64,000 nucleotides of DNA from Amphiscolops sp. MND2022 (Eukaryota). Under the pieces are notes generated by a model. That model was not told the DNA's origin and did no database searches. It worked only from the letters and a program-made list of their open reading frames with translations. Location: NCBI GenBank assembly GCA_964187785.1, contig OZ076416.1, positions 37,882,001 to 37,946,000 of the forward strand. Direction: 5' to 3'. The translations under genes were made by a program, and so were the position numbers. Shown here one piece after another: positions 63,501-64,000 of this stretch (position 1 is its first letter; every line of letters begins with the position of its first letter).

Positions 63501-64000
63501 CTTTTCTCTTTCCTATAGGTGGAAAAAATGTATCCTAACTCTGAATATTCATTGCAACAACGAACCATGTTTTTGAATGGAACGAGAAGAACTTCTGGCA
63601 ACTCTCTGTGACCGAGCGTATAAGCTTTGGAAGGAAAGTACTCCTCTGTGTCATCTTAATCCGTTGAAAGATCTTGCTAAATTGCAGTTTTATAATAATA
63701 CAGATTTTGACTGCCCGAATGTTTTCTAAACTTATCACTTCATACTTAGACCCTGCAACTGAAGTCTGCTCAGAAGTTTTGACAAATAGAACGTCCCTAA
63801 TTGAGAAAAGTTGCAACCCTTGCAAGAATCTTACAAGATGCTTGCATGTAAAACTCCCTGAAAAATCTTGCAAGTAAATGCAATCCTTGCAAGAACCTCT
63901 CAAGGAAATATGTTCTTTGTATGATCTTTTAAGGAAACGCCTTCCTTGCAGGATCTTGCAAAGATGTTAGTTTCTTTCAAGATTCTTGCAAAACCTATGC

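Larger units (their letters stand above)
48678..64000 (+). repeat. ~3.47-kb tandem array (segments A-B-C) interrupted by a Gypsy element
   Basis: A 48678-49804 = 61581-62716. B 49805-51548 = 59249-60992 = 62717 onward. C 60993-61580. Period 59249 to 62717 = 3468 bp. Confidence 0.9.

Overview
AT-rich, repeat-saturated eukaryotic (probably invertebrate animal) scaffold segment with one 200-N gap. Nearly all recognisable sequence is transposon-derived. (1) A complete 9.1-kb non-autonomous LTR retroelement (6941-16056) has ~2-kb LTRs, a tRNA-Asn-like PBS, a PPT and a near-perfect 5-bp TSD. It has a gag-like ORF, no recognisable RT/RNaseH/integrase, and two small accessory ORFs in divergent orientation near its 3' end. 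(2) An older, diverged relative (18057-~26625) carries a tandem LTR+PBS duplication and a perfect 182-bp palindrome, and keeps decayed homologues of the same accessory ORFs. (3) A decayed hAT transposase of a type I associate with oomycete genomes lies at ~35270-36560. (4) A 3'-truncated minus-strand Ty3/Gypsy element (51549-59248) has an intact -1 frameshift signal and sits inside a ~3.47-kb tandem array. (5) There are many MITEs (hAT with 8-bp TSDs, CACTA-like, MULE-like), two Helentron/HINE-like families and a tRNA-derived SINE. One host gene is supported: minus-strand exons at 46025-45751, 41129-40952 and 40587-40370 (possibly also 28373-28130) encode a B-box-like zinc finger plus coiled coil (TRIM-like), joined through a probable GC-AG intron. 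All alignments and counts were done by eye and no database searches were run. The most promising 'system' is the pol-less LTR family with a conserved divergent accessory ORF pair.
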